Virus record (IMG/VR): IMGVR_UViG_2571042636_000011
Direction: 5' to 3' (one strand)
Length of the DNA stretch: 25,526 nt
Origin: a virus
Taxonomy: Duplodnaviria > Heunggongvirae > Uroviricota > Caudoviricetes
Part shown: one piece after another, positions 16,564 through 24,867 of the stretch
Numbering within the stretch: the stretch's first letter is position 1
Layout of the letters: each line of letters starts with the position of its first letter
The notes under the pieces: model-generated
What the model was told of the DNA's origin: nothing
Database searches by the model: none
Seen by the model: only the letters and a program-made list of their open reading frames with translations
Program-made: the position numbers and the translations under genes

Positions 16564-17397
16564 ATGACAGTGAAAGCAAAGCGTTTTCGCATCGGGGTGG
16601 AAGGTGCCACCACCGACGGACGCGAAATCCAGCGTGAATGGCTGGAACAGATGGCAGCCAGCTACAACCCGGCGGTGTATACCGCGCTGATTAACCTTGA
16701 GCACATCAAGTCTTATCTGCCGGACAGCACCTTTAACCGCTACGGCAAGGTGACGGCGCTGTTTGCTGAAGAAATCACGGAAGGTCCGCTGGCAGGCAAG
16801 ATGGCGCTGTATGCCGACGTTGAGCCAACGGAGTCCCTGGTGGAACTGGTGAAAAAAGGCCAGAAATTATTCACCTCTATGGAAGTCAGCCCGAAGTTCG
16901 CTGATACGGGCAAAGCCTACCTGGTCGGCCTGGCTGCCACTGATGACCCTGCCAGTCTGGGCACTGAAATGCTGACATTCAGCGCCAGTGCAGCCCATAA
17001 CCCGCTGGCAAACCGCAAGCAGAATCCCGCCAATCTTTTTACCGCTGCAGAGGAAACGGTGATCGAACTGGAAGAAATCCAGGATGACAAACCGTCCCTG
17101 TTTGCCCGTGTCACGGCGCTGTTCACCAAAAAAGAGCAGTCCGATGACGCCCGGTTCTCTGATGTGCATAAGGCCGTGGAGCTGGTCGCCACTGAGCAGC
17201 AGAACCTGAGTGCGCGCACCGAAAAATCCCTGTCTGAGCAGGAAGAACGTCTGTCTGAGCTGGAGACTGCCCTGCAGGCACAGCAGACCGCCTTTAACGA
17301 ACTGGTGGACAAGCTGAGCCATGAAGACAGCCGCCAGGACTACCGCCAGCGTGCAACAGGCGGTAACGCCCCCGCTGACACTCTGACCAATTGCTGA
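16564..17397 (+). CDS. O: Capsid scaffolding protein, P2 gpO family
   Basis: 277 aa, first gene of the rightward head operon. GGAG 8 nt upstream of ATG 16564. Coiled-coil-like central region (EQQNLSARTEKSLSEQEERLSELETALQAQQTAF). Confidence 0.85.
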   Translation: MTVKAKRFRIGVEGATTDGREIQREWLEQMAASYNPAVYTALINLEHIKSYLPDSTFNRYGKVTALFAEEITEGPLAGKMALYADVEPTESLVELVKKGQKLFTSMEVSPKFADTGKAYLVGLAATDDPASLGTEMLTFSASAAHNPLANRKQNPANLFTAAEETVIELEEIQDDKPSLFARVTALFTKKEQSDDARFSDVHKAVELVATEQQNLSARTEKSLSEQEERLSELETALQAQQTAFNELVDKLSHEDSRQDYRQRATGGNAPADTLTNC

Positions 17398-17413
17398 TGG
17401 AGCACAAAACCTG

Positions 17414-18472
17414 ATGAAGAAGAATACCCGCTTTGCTTTTAACGCTTACCTGCAGCAACTGGCGCGTCTGAACGGTGTGGCAGTTGAAGAACTGTCCAGC
17501 AAGTTCACCGTAGAGCCGTCCGTGCAGCAGACATTGGAAGACCAGATCCAGCAGTCCGCCGCTTTCCTGACGCTGATTAACGTCACGCCAGTGACTGAGC
17601 AGTCCGGTCAGCTGCTGGGGTTGGGAGTTGGCAGCACCATTGCCGGAACCACTGACACCACCGCGAAAGAGCGTGAACCTGTCGATCCGACGCTGATGGT
17701 CGATGTGGAATATAAATGCGAGCAGACCAACTTTGACACGGTGCTGACCTACGCGAAGCTGGACCTGTGGGCGAAGTTTCAGGATTTCCAGGTGCGTATC
17801 CGTGACGCCATCGTGAAACGTCAGGCACTGGACCGCATCATGATCGGCTTTAACGGCGTGAAGCGTGCAAAAACCTCCAACCGTAGTGAAAACCCGCTGC
17901 TGCAGGATGTGAACAAAGGCTGGCTGCAGAAAATCCGTGAGGATGCACCGGATCACGTCATGGGCAGCACCACCACGGGCGGCGAAACCACACCGGGTGC
18001 GGTGAAAGTCGGGAAAGGTGGCGAATATGCCAACCTGGACGCTGTGGTGATGGATGCGGTCAATGAGCTTATCGACGTGGTCTACCAGGACGATGACGAT
18101 CTGGTGGTGATTTGTGGTCGTGAACTGCTGTCTGACAAGTATTTCCCGCTGGTCAACAAAGAGCAGGAAAACAGTGAAAAACTGGCTGCCGACATGATCA
18201 TCAGTCAGAAACGCATGGGTGGCCTGCAGGCCGTGCGTGCGCCGTTCTTCCCGCCGAATGCGCTGCTGATCACCCGTCTGGATAACCTGTCCATCTACTG
18301 GCAGGAAGACACCCGCCGTCGTTCAGTTATCGACAACCCGAAACGTGACCGGATTGAAAACTTTGAATCCGTTAACGAAGCCTATGTGGTTGAGGACTAC
18401 CGCTGCGCCGCACTGGTGGAAAACATCCAGATTGGTGATTTCAGCGCCGCCGCAGCCGAAACCGGAGCGTAA
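17414..18472 (+). CDS. N: Major capsid protein, P2 gpN family
   Basis: 352 aa. N-terminus M..TRFAFNAYLQQLARLNGV...KFTVEPSVQQTL resembles P2 gpN as I remember it. Follows O directly. Confidence 0.9.
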   Translation: MKKNTRFAFNAYLQQLARLNGVAVEELSSKFTVEPSVQQTLEDQIQQSAAFLTLINVTPVTEQSGQLLGLGVGSTIAGTTDTTAKEREPVDPTLMVDVEYKCEQTNFDTVLTYAKLDLWAKFQDFQVRIRDAIVKRQALDRIMIGFNGVKRAKTSNRSENPLLQDVNKGWLQKIREDAPDHVMGSTTTGGETTPGAVKVGKGGEYANLDAVVMDAVNELIDVVYQDDDDLVVICGRELLSDKYFPLVNKEQENSEKLAADMIISQKRMGGLQAVRAPFFPPNALLITRLDNLSIYWQEDTRRRSVIDNPKRDRIENFESVNEAYVVEDYRCAALVENIQIGDFSAAAAETGA

Positions 18473-18475
18473 TCC

Positions 18476-19126
18476 ATGAGCCTGAGTCCCGCACGGCAGC
18501 ATCGCCTGCGCGTTCAGGCTGAACAGGCCGCCCGCGAGGGCGGCAGTGTTCGCCACGCATCGGGCTATGACCTGATGCTGCTGCAACTGGCGGAAGACCG
18601 CCGCCGTCTCAAGGGCGTTCAGTCCACGGTCAAAAAAGCGGAAATCAAGGTGGAGCTGCTGCCGAAGTACGCCGCCTGGGCAGAGGGTGTCCTGGCTGCC
18701 GGAGGCGCTCAACAGGATGACGTGCTGATGTACGTGATGCTGTGGCGCATTGATGCCGGAGATTATGCCGGAGCGCTGGAGATCGGGCGTCATGCCCTGC
18801 GTCATGGCTGGGTGATGCCGCTGGGTAACCGCAACGTGCAGACCGTGCTGGCAGAGGAAATGGCAGACGCCGCGCAGAGCGCAATGCTTGCCGCCACCGG
18901 CTTTGATGCCGATCTGTTGTTGCAGACGCTGGAGCTGACAGACGGTCTGGATATGCCGGACCAGTCACGGGCGCGTCTGCATAAAGCGATTGGCGCTGTC
19001 CTGAGTGAAAGCAATCCGGCTTCCGCCCTTAATCATCTCAACCATGCGTTACAGCTCGATCCCCGCTGTGGCGTGAAAAAAGACAAACAGCAGCTGGAGC
19101 GCAGACTGCGCAATGACAGCCGCTGA
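18476..19126 (+). CDS. M: Terminase small (endonuclease) subunit, P2 gpM family
   Basis: 216 aa, immediately after N as in P2. CCGGAG 8 nt upstream of ATG 18476. Confidence 0.8.
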   Translation: MSLSPARQHRLRVQAEQAAREGGSVRHASGYDLMLLQLAEDRRRLKGVQSTVKKAEIKVELLPKYAAWAEGVLAAGGAQQDDVLMYVMLWRIDAGDYAGALEIGRHALRHGWVMPLGNRNVQTVLAEEMADAAQSAMLAATGFDADLLLQTLELTDGLDMPDQSRARLHKAIGAVLSESNPASALNHLNHALQLDPRCGVKKDKQQLERRLRNDSR

Positions 19127-19221
19127 CAGAACGTGCCCCCGCGCACGGGCGGCACGGGGTGGCGAAAGGCACCGCCACATCAAAACCCCGTCCACCGCCC
19201 TCTATTTCAGGAGAAAGCAGC

Positions 19222-19686
19222 ATGAAGTTTGTTGCGCCAGAACAGGCACCGGAACAGGCGGAAATCATCAGAAATACGCCGTTCTGGCCTGATGTGGACC
19301 TGTCGGAGTTTCGCAGTGTCATGCGCACTGACGGCACGGTGACGCAGCCGCGTTTAAAGCAGGTTGCGCTGTCGGCAATTTCGGAGGTCAACGCAGAGCT
19401 GTATGAGTTTCGCAGACGCCAGCAGATGCTGGGATATTCCTCGCTGGCAGAGGTTCCGGCTGAACAGCTGGACGGCAAAAGTGAGTGCATTCATCACTAT
19501 TTCAACGCGGTTTACTGCTGGGCACGCGCCATGCTCAACGAACGTTACCAGGACTATGACGCCACGGCATCCGGTGTGAAGCGGGGCGAGGAACTGGCGG
19601 AAGCAAGCGGTGATTTGTGGCGTGACGCCCGCTGGGCCATCAGCCGGGTGCAGGATGCGCCGCACTGCACAGTGGAGCTTATTTGA
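19222..19686 (+). CDS. L: Head completion/stabilisation protein, P2 gpL family
   Basis: ATG 19222 with AGGAG upstream (the ORF track begins earlier at 19159). About 154 aa. Position after M. Confidence 0.8.
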   Translation: MKFVAPEQAPEQAEIIRNTPFWPDVDLSEFRSVMRTDGTVTQPRLKQVALSAISEVNAELYEFRRRQQMLGYSSLAEVPAEQLDGKSECIHHYFNAVYCWARAMLNERYQDYDATASGVKRGEELAEASGDLWRDARWAISRVQDAPHCTVELI

Positions 19687-19889
19687 TGAAAGTGCGTGCG
19701 TATCAGTATGACACGGTGGACGCGCTTTGCTGGCGTCATTACGGGCGCACGCAGGGTGTCACGGAGCAGGTACTGAAGGCAAATCCGGGGCTTGCCGAAT
19801 ACGGCCCCTTTTTACCTCACGGGCTGCTGGTGGAGCTGCCGGACATTCCGACCACCACCACCGTGCAGACCGTCCAGCTATGGGACTGA
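19683..19889 (+). CDS. X: Tail protein X (LysM-like), P2 gpX family
   Basis: 68 aa. ...YDTVDALCWRHYGRTQGVTEQVLKANPGLAEYGPFLPHGLLVELPD matches the P2 gpX pattern (...GDTLDAICVRYYGRTEGVVE..LAANPGLAE...LPHGT.VELPD) as I remember it. Confidence 0.8.
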   Translation: MMKVRAYQYDTVDALCWRHYGRTQGVTEQVLKANPGLAEYGPFLPHGLLVELPDIPTTTTVQTVQLWD

Positions 19890-19892
19890 ATT

Positions 19893-20108
19893 ATGACGCT
19901 TGAGCGAATCAGCGCCTTTATCACGTATTGCATCGCCGTCGTGCTGGCCTGGCTGGGCGATTTGTCCATCAAGGATGCCTCAACGCTGGGCGGCCTGATG
20001 ATTGGTGTGCTGATGCTGGCTATCAACTGGTACTACAAACACAAAGCCTACCAGCTTCTGCGCGACGGGCAGATCTCGCGGGAGGACTATGAATCCATCA
20101 ATCGTTAA
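19893..20108 (+). CDS. Holin (two predicted transmembrane helices, charged C-terminus)
   Basis: 71 aa. Hydrophobic segments AFITYCIAVVLAWL and LGGLMIGVLMLAINWYY, then a charged tail. Located directly before the endolysin. Confidence 0.55.
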   Translation: MTLERISAFITYCIAVVLAWLGDLSIKDASTLGGLMIGVLMLAINWYYKHKAYQLLRDGQISREDYESINR

Positions 20109-20601
20109 ACGCTGCCTTGTCGGGGCCGTGCTGGCTATTGCTGCCACGCTGCCGGGTTTTCAGCAGCTTCACACCTCCGTGGAGGGGCTGAAACTGATTG
20201 CTGATTACGAAGGCTGTCGTCTGCAGCCGTATCAGTGCAGCGCGGGTGTCTGGACTGACGGCATTGGTAATACATCGGGCGTTATTCCCGGCAAAACAAT
20301 CACGGAACGACAGGCAGCAGAAGGGCTGATCTCCAACGTGCTGCGTGTGGAGCGGGCACTGGAAAGGTGTGTGAAGCAACAGCCACCGCAGAAGGTGTAT
20401 GACGCTGCGGTGTCGTTTGCCTTCAACGTGGGGACGGGCAATGCCTGCAGCTCCACGCTGGTGAAATTGCTCAATCAGCGGCGCTGGGCGGATGCGTGCC
20501 GACAGTTGCAGCGCTGGGTTTATGTAAAAGGTGTGTTTAATCAGGGGCTGGATAACCGCCGTGCGCGGGAGATGGCCTGGTGTTTACAGGGAGCAAACTG
20601 A
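20089..20601 (+). CDS. K: Endolysin, lysozyme-like, with N-terminal signal-anchor-release (SAR)-like segment
   Basis: 170 aa. N-terminal weakly hydrophobic Gly/Ala-rich stretch CLVGAVLAIAATLPGF, then a catalytic region with the E-x8-[CD]-x5-T pattern (DYEGCRLQPYQCSAGVWTDGIGNT). Confidence 0.8.
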   Translation: MNPSIVKRCLVGAVLAIAATLPGFQQLHTSVEGLKLIADYEGCRLQPYQCSAGVWTDGIGNTSGVIPGKTITERQAAEGLISNVLRVERALERCVKQQPPQKVYDAAVSFAFNVGTGNACSSTLVKLLNQRRWADACRQLQRWVYVKGVFNQGLDNRRAREMAWCLQGAN

Positions 20602-20602
20602 A

Positions 20603-20980
20603 ATGAAAAAGAAATTAATCAGCGGACTGTTTCTGATGTTATGGATGGCGCTGTTAATCGCAGCAATGGTGTATCCGCAGGGGATTTTTCCGGTACTGGC
20701 AGCGTCCGGCGTTTGGGTAGCCTGTTTGCTGACATGGGCGGTAATTCCGGTAGCACTGGCTGCGTTAATTAAGAATGGCCCGCTCTGGCAGGAGTTAAGG
20801 GCATCTTTACTGAAGACAATTACCCGAAAAGAAAACGTATTTATCAGTTGGGTGATGCGATTGCTGATTGTTGTAAGTCTCGCCTGGACGGGGTGGGCTA
20901 TTACCCTGGTCTTTTATCTACTGACCGTTATTGCCTTCTGGATCACCCGTAATCAGATGGCGCAACAGGTAGCAGCATGA
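20603..20980 (+). CDS. lysA: LysA-like membrane protein (lysis timing)
   Basis: ATG 20603 (MKKKLISGLFLMLWMALLIAAMV...), several predicted TM helices, AGGGA SD. Position after the endolysin as in P2. Confidence 0.6.
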   Translation: MKKKLISGLFLMLWMALLIAAMVYPQGIFPVLAASGVWVACLLTWAVIPVALAALIKNGPLWQELRASLLKTITRKENVFISWVMRLLIVVSLAWTGWAITLVFYLLTVIAFWITRNQMAQQVAA

Positions 20981-21405
20981 ACCGATTGCTGCTGGTTGTG
21001 CTGGCGTTATTACTGGCGGCGCTGGGCTGGCAGACGTGGCGGCTGGCTGATGCCAGCCAGACCATTAGCACACAGGCAGACGAGCTGCAGAGCAAAAGCC
21101 AGGCACTGGCAAAGAGCAACAGCCAGCTTATCAGCCTGTCCATTCTGACTGAAACCAATAACCGGGAGCAGGCGCGGCTCTATGCCGAAGCAGAACAGAC
21201 CAGCGCGCTGCTGAGACAACGACAACACCGGATCGAGGAACTGAAACGTGAGAACAAGGATTTACGCCGCTGGGCTGATACTCCTTTGCCTGCTGACATT
21301 ATCCGGCTGCGGGAACGTCCGACGCTCACCGGAGGTGCAGCTTACCGTCAGTGGTTGTCCGCGAGTGACGCCGTGTTGGCTGGATCAGGCAGCGCCGCGC
21401 ACTAA
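20977..21405 (+). CDS. lysB: LysB, Rz-like inner-membrane spanin
   Basis: 142 aa. N-terminal TM segment LLLVVLALLLAALGW then coiled-coil-like sequence. ATGA overlap with lysA. Confidence 0.7.
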   Translation: MNRLLLVVLALLLAALGWQTWRLADASQTISTQADELQSKSQALAKSNSQLISLSILTETNNREQARLYAEAEQTSALLRQRQHRIEELKRENKDLRRWADTPLPADIIRLRERPTLTGGAAYRQWLSASDAVLAGSGSAAH

Positions 21406-21538
21406 CGGTGATCTGAACGCGTTGCTGGATGAAACGGAGGCCGCCTGGGCGGTCTGTGCAGACAAAGTGGACATGATTATTGCGTGTCAGGAGCGAAACA
21501 GTGAACAAACCACAATCCCTGCGCCACGCCCTCAATAA
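21248..21538 (+). CDS. lysC: LysC, Rz1-like outer-membrane lipoprotein spanin, embedded in another frame within lysB
   Basis: Lipobox LTLSGC after a hydrophobic signal (AAGLILLCLLTLSGCG). Begins inside lysB in a different frame, as for P2 lysC/Rz1. Start codon (GTG 21248) is uncertain. Confidence 0.55.
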   Translation: MRTRIYAAGLILLCLLTLSGCGNVRRSPEVQLTVSGCPRVTPCWLDQAAPRTNGDLNALLDETEAAWAVCADKVDMIIACQERNSEQTTIPAPRPQ

Positions 21539-21932
21539 AGCGGTGCCTTATGTCCGCAATAACCCGGACAAACTGCATCTGTTTGTGGATAACGGTTCGC
21601 TGGTTGCCACGGGGGCCAGCTCCATGTCGTGGGAGTACCGTTACACCCTGAACGCGGTGATTGAGGATTTCAGCGGCGACCAGAATCTGCTGATGGCCCC
21701 GGTTTTGCTGTGGCTGAGGGATAACCAGCCCGATGCCATCAATAACCCGGCGTTACGGGAAAAACTATTCACCTTTGAGGTGGATATTCTGCGCAACGAT
21801 GTCTGTGATATCAGCCTGAACCTGCAACTGACGGAGCGTGTGCTGGTCAGCACTGACGGCAGTGTGTCGAGCGTTGAAGCTGTAGCAGAACCCGATGAAC
21901 CTGAAGAAATGTGGACGGTGAAACGTGGCTGA
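21501..21932 (+). CDS. R: Tail completion protein, P2 gpR family
   Basis: GTG 21501 with AGGAG 9 nt upstream. Sequence NKPQSLRHALNKAVPYVRNNPDKLHLFVDNGSLVATGASSMSWEYRYTLNAVIEDFSGD resembles P2 gpR (MLKPDSLRRAL...NPDMLRIFVDNGSI...) as I remember it. Confidence 0.75.
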   Translation: MNKPQSLRHALNKAVPYVRNNPDKLHLFVDNGSLVATGASSMSWEYRYTLNAVIEDFSGDQNLLMAPVLLWLRDNQPDAINNPALREKLFTFEVDILRNDVCDISLNLQLTERVLVSTDGSVSSVEAVAEPDEPEEMWTVKRG

Positions 21933-22371
21933 ACTGCAGAAGGTGGACGACTGGCTGAGTGCCTTGCTGGAGAATCTGGAACCAGCCACGAGAAGCCGCA
22001 TGATGCGCCAGCTGGCGCAGGAACTGCGCCGGACACAGCAGCAGAATATCAGGATGCAGCGCAATCCAGATGGCAGCAGTTATGAACCGCGCAGGGTAAC
22101 AGCACGCAGCAAGAAGGGGCGCATCAAACGTCAGATGTTTGCAAAGCTGCGCACCACAAAATACCTGAAAACTGCCGCCAGCGCCGACTCTGCCAGCGTA
22201 CAGTTTGAAGGCAAGGTGCAGCGTATTGCCCGTGTTCACCATTACGGCCTGCGTGATCGCGTCAGTCGCAAAGGAACGGAGGTCCGTTACGCAGAACGTC
22301 GCCTTCTGGGCGTAAATGATGATGTTGAGGCAATGACCCGCGACATGATTCTGCAATGGTTGGCGGGGTGA
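21925..22371 (+). CDS. S: Tail completion protein, P2 gpS family
   Basis: 148 aa following R with overlapping start and stop (GTG 21925). Position and size as P2 S. Confidence 0.75.
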   Translation: MAELQKVDDWLSALLENLEPATRSRMMRQLAQELRRTQQQNIRMQRNPDGSSYEPRRVTARSKKGRIKRQMFAKLRTTKYLKTAASADSASVQFEGKVQRIARVHHYGLRDRVSRKGTEVRYAERRLLGVNDDVEAMTRDMILQWLAG

Positions 22372-22375
22372 TTTT

Positions 22376-22393
22376 TGTATCAGCACTGATACA
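22376..22393. promoter_or_regulatory. Dyad TGT-N12-ACA element upstream of V (candidate late-activator site)
   Basis: TGTATCAGcaCTGATACA: a perfect 8-bp inverted repeat that also fits TGT-N12-ACA, in the 68-bp S-V gap. Loop too short for a stable hairpin, so protein binding is favoured. Confidence 0.45.
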
Positions 22394-22439
22394 AGTTGCA
22401 GCACTGCCGCCTTTCTTCCCCTGATGGCAACCTTTCCCT

Positions 22440-23018
22440 ATGAACGCACAATTAACCGAAATCATGCGCCTTATCACCAATCTGATCCGCACTGGTGTAG
22501 TCACCGAAGTGGACCGGGAACACTGGCTTTGTCGGGTGAAAACGGGCGACCTTGAAACCAACTGGATTAACTGGCTGACGCTGCGCGCGGGTAATGCCCG
22601 CACATGGTGGAAACCATCGGAAGGTGAGCAGGTGGTGCTGCTGAGTCTGGGCGGCAATCTGGAAACTGCCTTTGCGCTGCCCGCAGTCTATTCGAATCAG
22701 TTCGCACCACCGTCGACGTCGGCAGACGCCTGCGTGACAGAACATCCTGACGGTGGCTGGTTTGAATACGAACCCGCCACCGGGCGCTGGTATGTCAGGG
22801 GCATCAAATCAATGGTCATTGAGGCCGCTGACAACATCACCATGAAAACCAGTGAGTTTGTACTGGAGGCTGACCGTACGCGCATTAACAGCGAAGTGGT
22901 GATCAATGGTGGCGTTACCCAGGGCGGCGGAGCGATGAGTTCTAACGGGATCGTGGTTGATGCGCATCAGCATACTGGCGTCCTGAAAGGCGGCGATACA
23001 ACCGGAGGCCCGGTATGA
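22440..23018 (+). CDS. V: Baseplate spike/assembly protein V, P2 gpV family
   Basis: 192 aa. ...LIRTGVVTEVDREHWLCRVKTGDLETNWINWLTLRAGNARTWWKPSEGEQVVLL...GIVVDAHQHTG resembles P2 gpV as I remember it. Confidence 0.85.
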   Translation: MNAQLTEIMRLITNLIRTGVVTEVDREHWLCRVKTGDLETNWINWLTLRAGNARTWWKPSEGEQVVLLSLGGNLETAFALPAVYSNQFAPPSTSADACVTEHPDGGWFEYEPATGRWYVRGIKSMVIEAADNITMKTSEFVLEADRTRINSEVVINGGVTQGGGAMSSNGIVVDAHQHTGVLKGGDTTGGPV

Positions 23019-23374
23019 CGCTTTATAGCGGGATGAACAATACCAGCGGCAAAGTCATTACTGATATTGACCATCTCCGCCAGTCGGTGCGGGACATTCT
23101 GCTGACGCCGCAGGGTAGCCGCATTGCTCGTCGTGAATATGGTTCCCTGCTGTCGGCACTGGTAGACCAGCCACAAAATCCGGCATTACGTCTGCAGGTC
23201 ATGTCGGCAGTGTATGTGGCGCTGAGTCGCTGGGAGCCACGGCTGACGCTGGATTCCATCACTATTAACAGCAATTTTGACGGTTCAATGGTGGTGGAGC
23301 TGACCGGGCGGCGTAATAACGGTGTGCCTGCTTCCCTTTCCGTATCAATAGGAGCAGAGAATGGCAGTGATTGA
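23015..23374 (+). CDS. W: Baseplate wedge protein W (gp25-like), P2 gpW family
   Basis: 119 aa. ATGA overlap with V. Conserved IRDILLTPQGSRIARREYGS motif typical of GPW/gp25 proteins. Confidence 0.85.
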   Translation: MTLYSGMNNTSGKVITDIDHLRQSVRDILLTPQGSRIARREYGSLLSALVDQPQNPALRLQVMSAVYVALSRWEPRLTLDSITINSNFDGSMVVELTGRRNNGVPASLSVSIGAENGSD

Positions 23375-24269
23375 CCTTTCGCAGTTGCCTGCGCCGCAGA
23401 TAGTGGATGTGCCGGACTTTGAGACGCTGCTTGCCGAACGCAAGGCAGAATTTGTGGCGCTTCATCCGAAAGATGAACAAGAGGCTGTGATGCGTACGCT
23501 GGAACTGGAATCTGAACCCGTCACCAAATTGTTGCAGGAGAACGCTTATCGTGAGCTGCTTCTGCGCCAGCGCATTAACGAAGCCGCGCAGGCGGTGATG
23601 GTGGCTTATGCGATGGGCGGCGATCTGGACCAGCTCGCCGCCAATTACAACGTGAAACGCCTGACGGTGATACCTGCTGATGATGACGCTGTGCCGCCCG
23701 TTGCGGCTGTGATGGAAAGCGATGAAGCGTTACGCCTGCGTGTGCCTGCAGCCTTTGAGGGGCTTTCAGTTGCGGGGCCAACTGCAGCTTATGAATTTCA
23801 TGCCCGAAGCGCCGACGGTCGGGTGGCGGATGCCAGTGCAACCAGTCCGGCCCCTGCAGAGGTGGTGCTGACTGTCCTGAGTCGCGAAGGCGACGGAACA
23901 GCAGAAAAAGACTTGCTGGATGTGGTGGAGAACGCCCTGAACAGTGAGAACGTCCGCCCGGTGGCTGACCGTCTGACGGTTCGCAGCGCAGAAATCATCC
24001 CGTACCGCGTGGAAGCCACCATTTTTCTCTACCCGGGGCCGGAAGCAGAGCCGGTAATGGCAGCGGCAAAAGCCAGCCTGCAGAAGTACATCGCCAGTCA
24101 GACGCGTCTTGGTCGGGATATTCGCCGTAGCGCCATCTTTGCCGCCCTGCATGTTGAGGGTGTGCAGCGTGTGGAGCTGGCTTCTCCTCTGGCGGATGTG
24201 GTCCTGAACAAAACACAGGCGGCATCATGTACGCAGTGGAGCGTAACCAACGGAGGAACGGATGAATAG
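23361..24269 (+). CDS. J: Baseplate assembly protein J, P2 gpJ family
   Basis: 302 aa, the size I recall for P2 gpJ. AGGAG upstream of ATG 23361. Follows W with overlap. Confidence 0.9.
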   Translation: MAVIDLSQLPAPQIVDVPDFETLLAERKAEFVALHPKDEQEAVMRTLELESEPVTKLLQENAYRELLLRQRINEAAQAVMVAYAMGGDLDQLAANYNVKRLTVIPADDDAVPPVAAVMESDEALRLRVPAAFEGLSVAGPTAAYEFHARSADGRVADASATSPAPAEVVLTVLSREGDGTAEKDLLDVVENALNSENVRPVADRLTVRSAEIIPYRVEATIFLYPGPEAEPVMAAAKASLQKYIASQTRLGRDIRRSAIFAALHVEGVQRVELASPLADVVLNKTQAASCTQWSVTNGGTDE

Positions 24270-24867
24270 TCTGCTGCCACCGGGTTCAACACCACTGGAG
24301 CGCCGACTGGCGCAAACCTGCAGCGGGATTTCTGATCTGCAGGTGCCGCTGCGTGACTTGTGGAATCCGGCGACCTGTCCGGTCAGCTTCCTGCCTTATC
24401 TCGCATGGGCGTTCTCTGTGGATCGCTGGGATGAGGGCTGGACTGAAAGCGTCAAACGTCAGGTGGTGAAGGATGCTTTTTATATTCATCAGCATAAAGG
24501 AACCACCAGTGCCGTGCGGCGGGTAGTGGAACCGTTCGGCTTCCTGATCCGCATTATTGAGTGGTGGCAGACCGGAGAAACACCGGGCACGTTTCGCCTG
24601 GATATCGGCGTGCAGGACCAGGGCATTACTGAAGATACCTATCAGGAACTTGAGCGACTGATAAGCGATGCCAAACCATGTAGCCGTCACATGATCGGCA
24701 TGTCCATTAACCTGCAGACCAGCGGCCCGCATTGGGTGGGAGTCGCCAGCTATCTTGGCGAAGAAATCACGATCTATCCGTATATCAACGAAACGATTAT
24801 TTCCGGTGGCACCGCGCATGAAGGCGGGGCGGTCCATGTTATTGATACAATGAGAGTGAATCCATGA
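24262..24867 (+). CDS. I: Baseplate/tail protein I, P2 gpI family
   Basis: 201 aa. GGAGG upstream of ATG 24262. Between J and the tail fibre gene. Confidence 0.85.
   Translation: MNSLLPPGSTPLERRLAQTCSGISDLQVPLRDLWNPATCPVSFLPYLAWAFSVDRWDEGWTESVKRQVVKDAFYIHQHKGTTSAVRRVVEPFGFLIRIIEWWQTGETPGTFRLDIGVQDQGITEDTYQELERLISDAKPCSRHMIGMSINLQTSGPHWVGVASYLGEEITIYPYINETIISGGTAHEGGAVHVIDTMRVNP

Noticed and set aside
14642-16704. ORFs overlapping the terminase gene P and the P/O promoter region (14642..14935, 15017..15235, 15268..15770, 16143..16704)
   Set aside because: Overlap or antisense to the terminase large subunit or span the divergent promoter region; Pro/Arg/Ser-rich products. Spurious.
16867-18805. 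Long antisense ORFs inside the O, N and M genes (16867..17322, 17294..17956, 18323..18805 and others)
   Set aside because: They lie wholly within well-supported structural genes on the opposite strand, in GC-rich sequence where stop codons are rare, have Arg/Ser/Cys-rich compositions and lack start signals. These are shadow ORFs.
22372-22439. TGTATCAGcaCTGATACA as a rho-independent terminator after S
   Set aside because: The 2-nt loop is too short for a stable hairpin and no U-tract follows. It fits better as a dyad activator-binding site of a late promoter.
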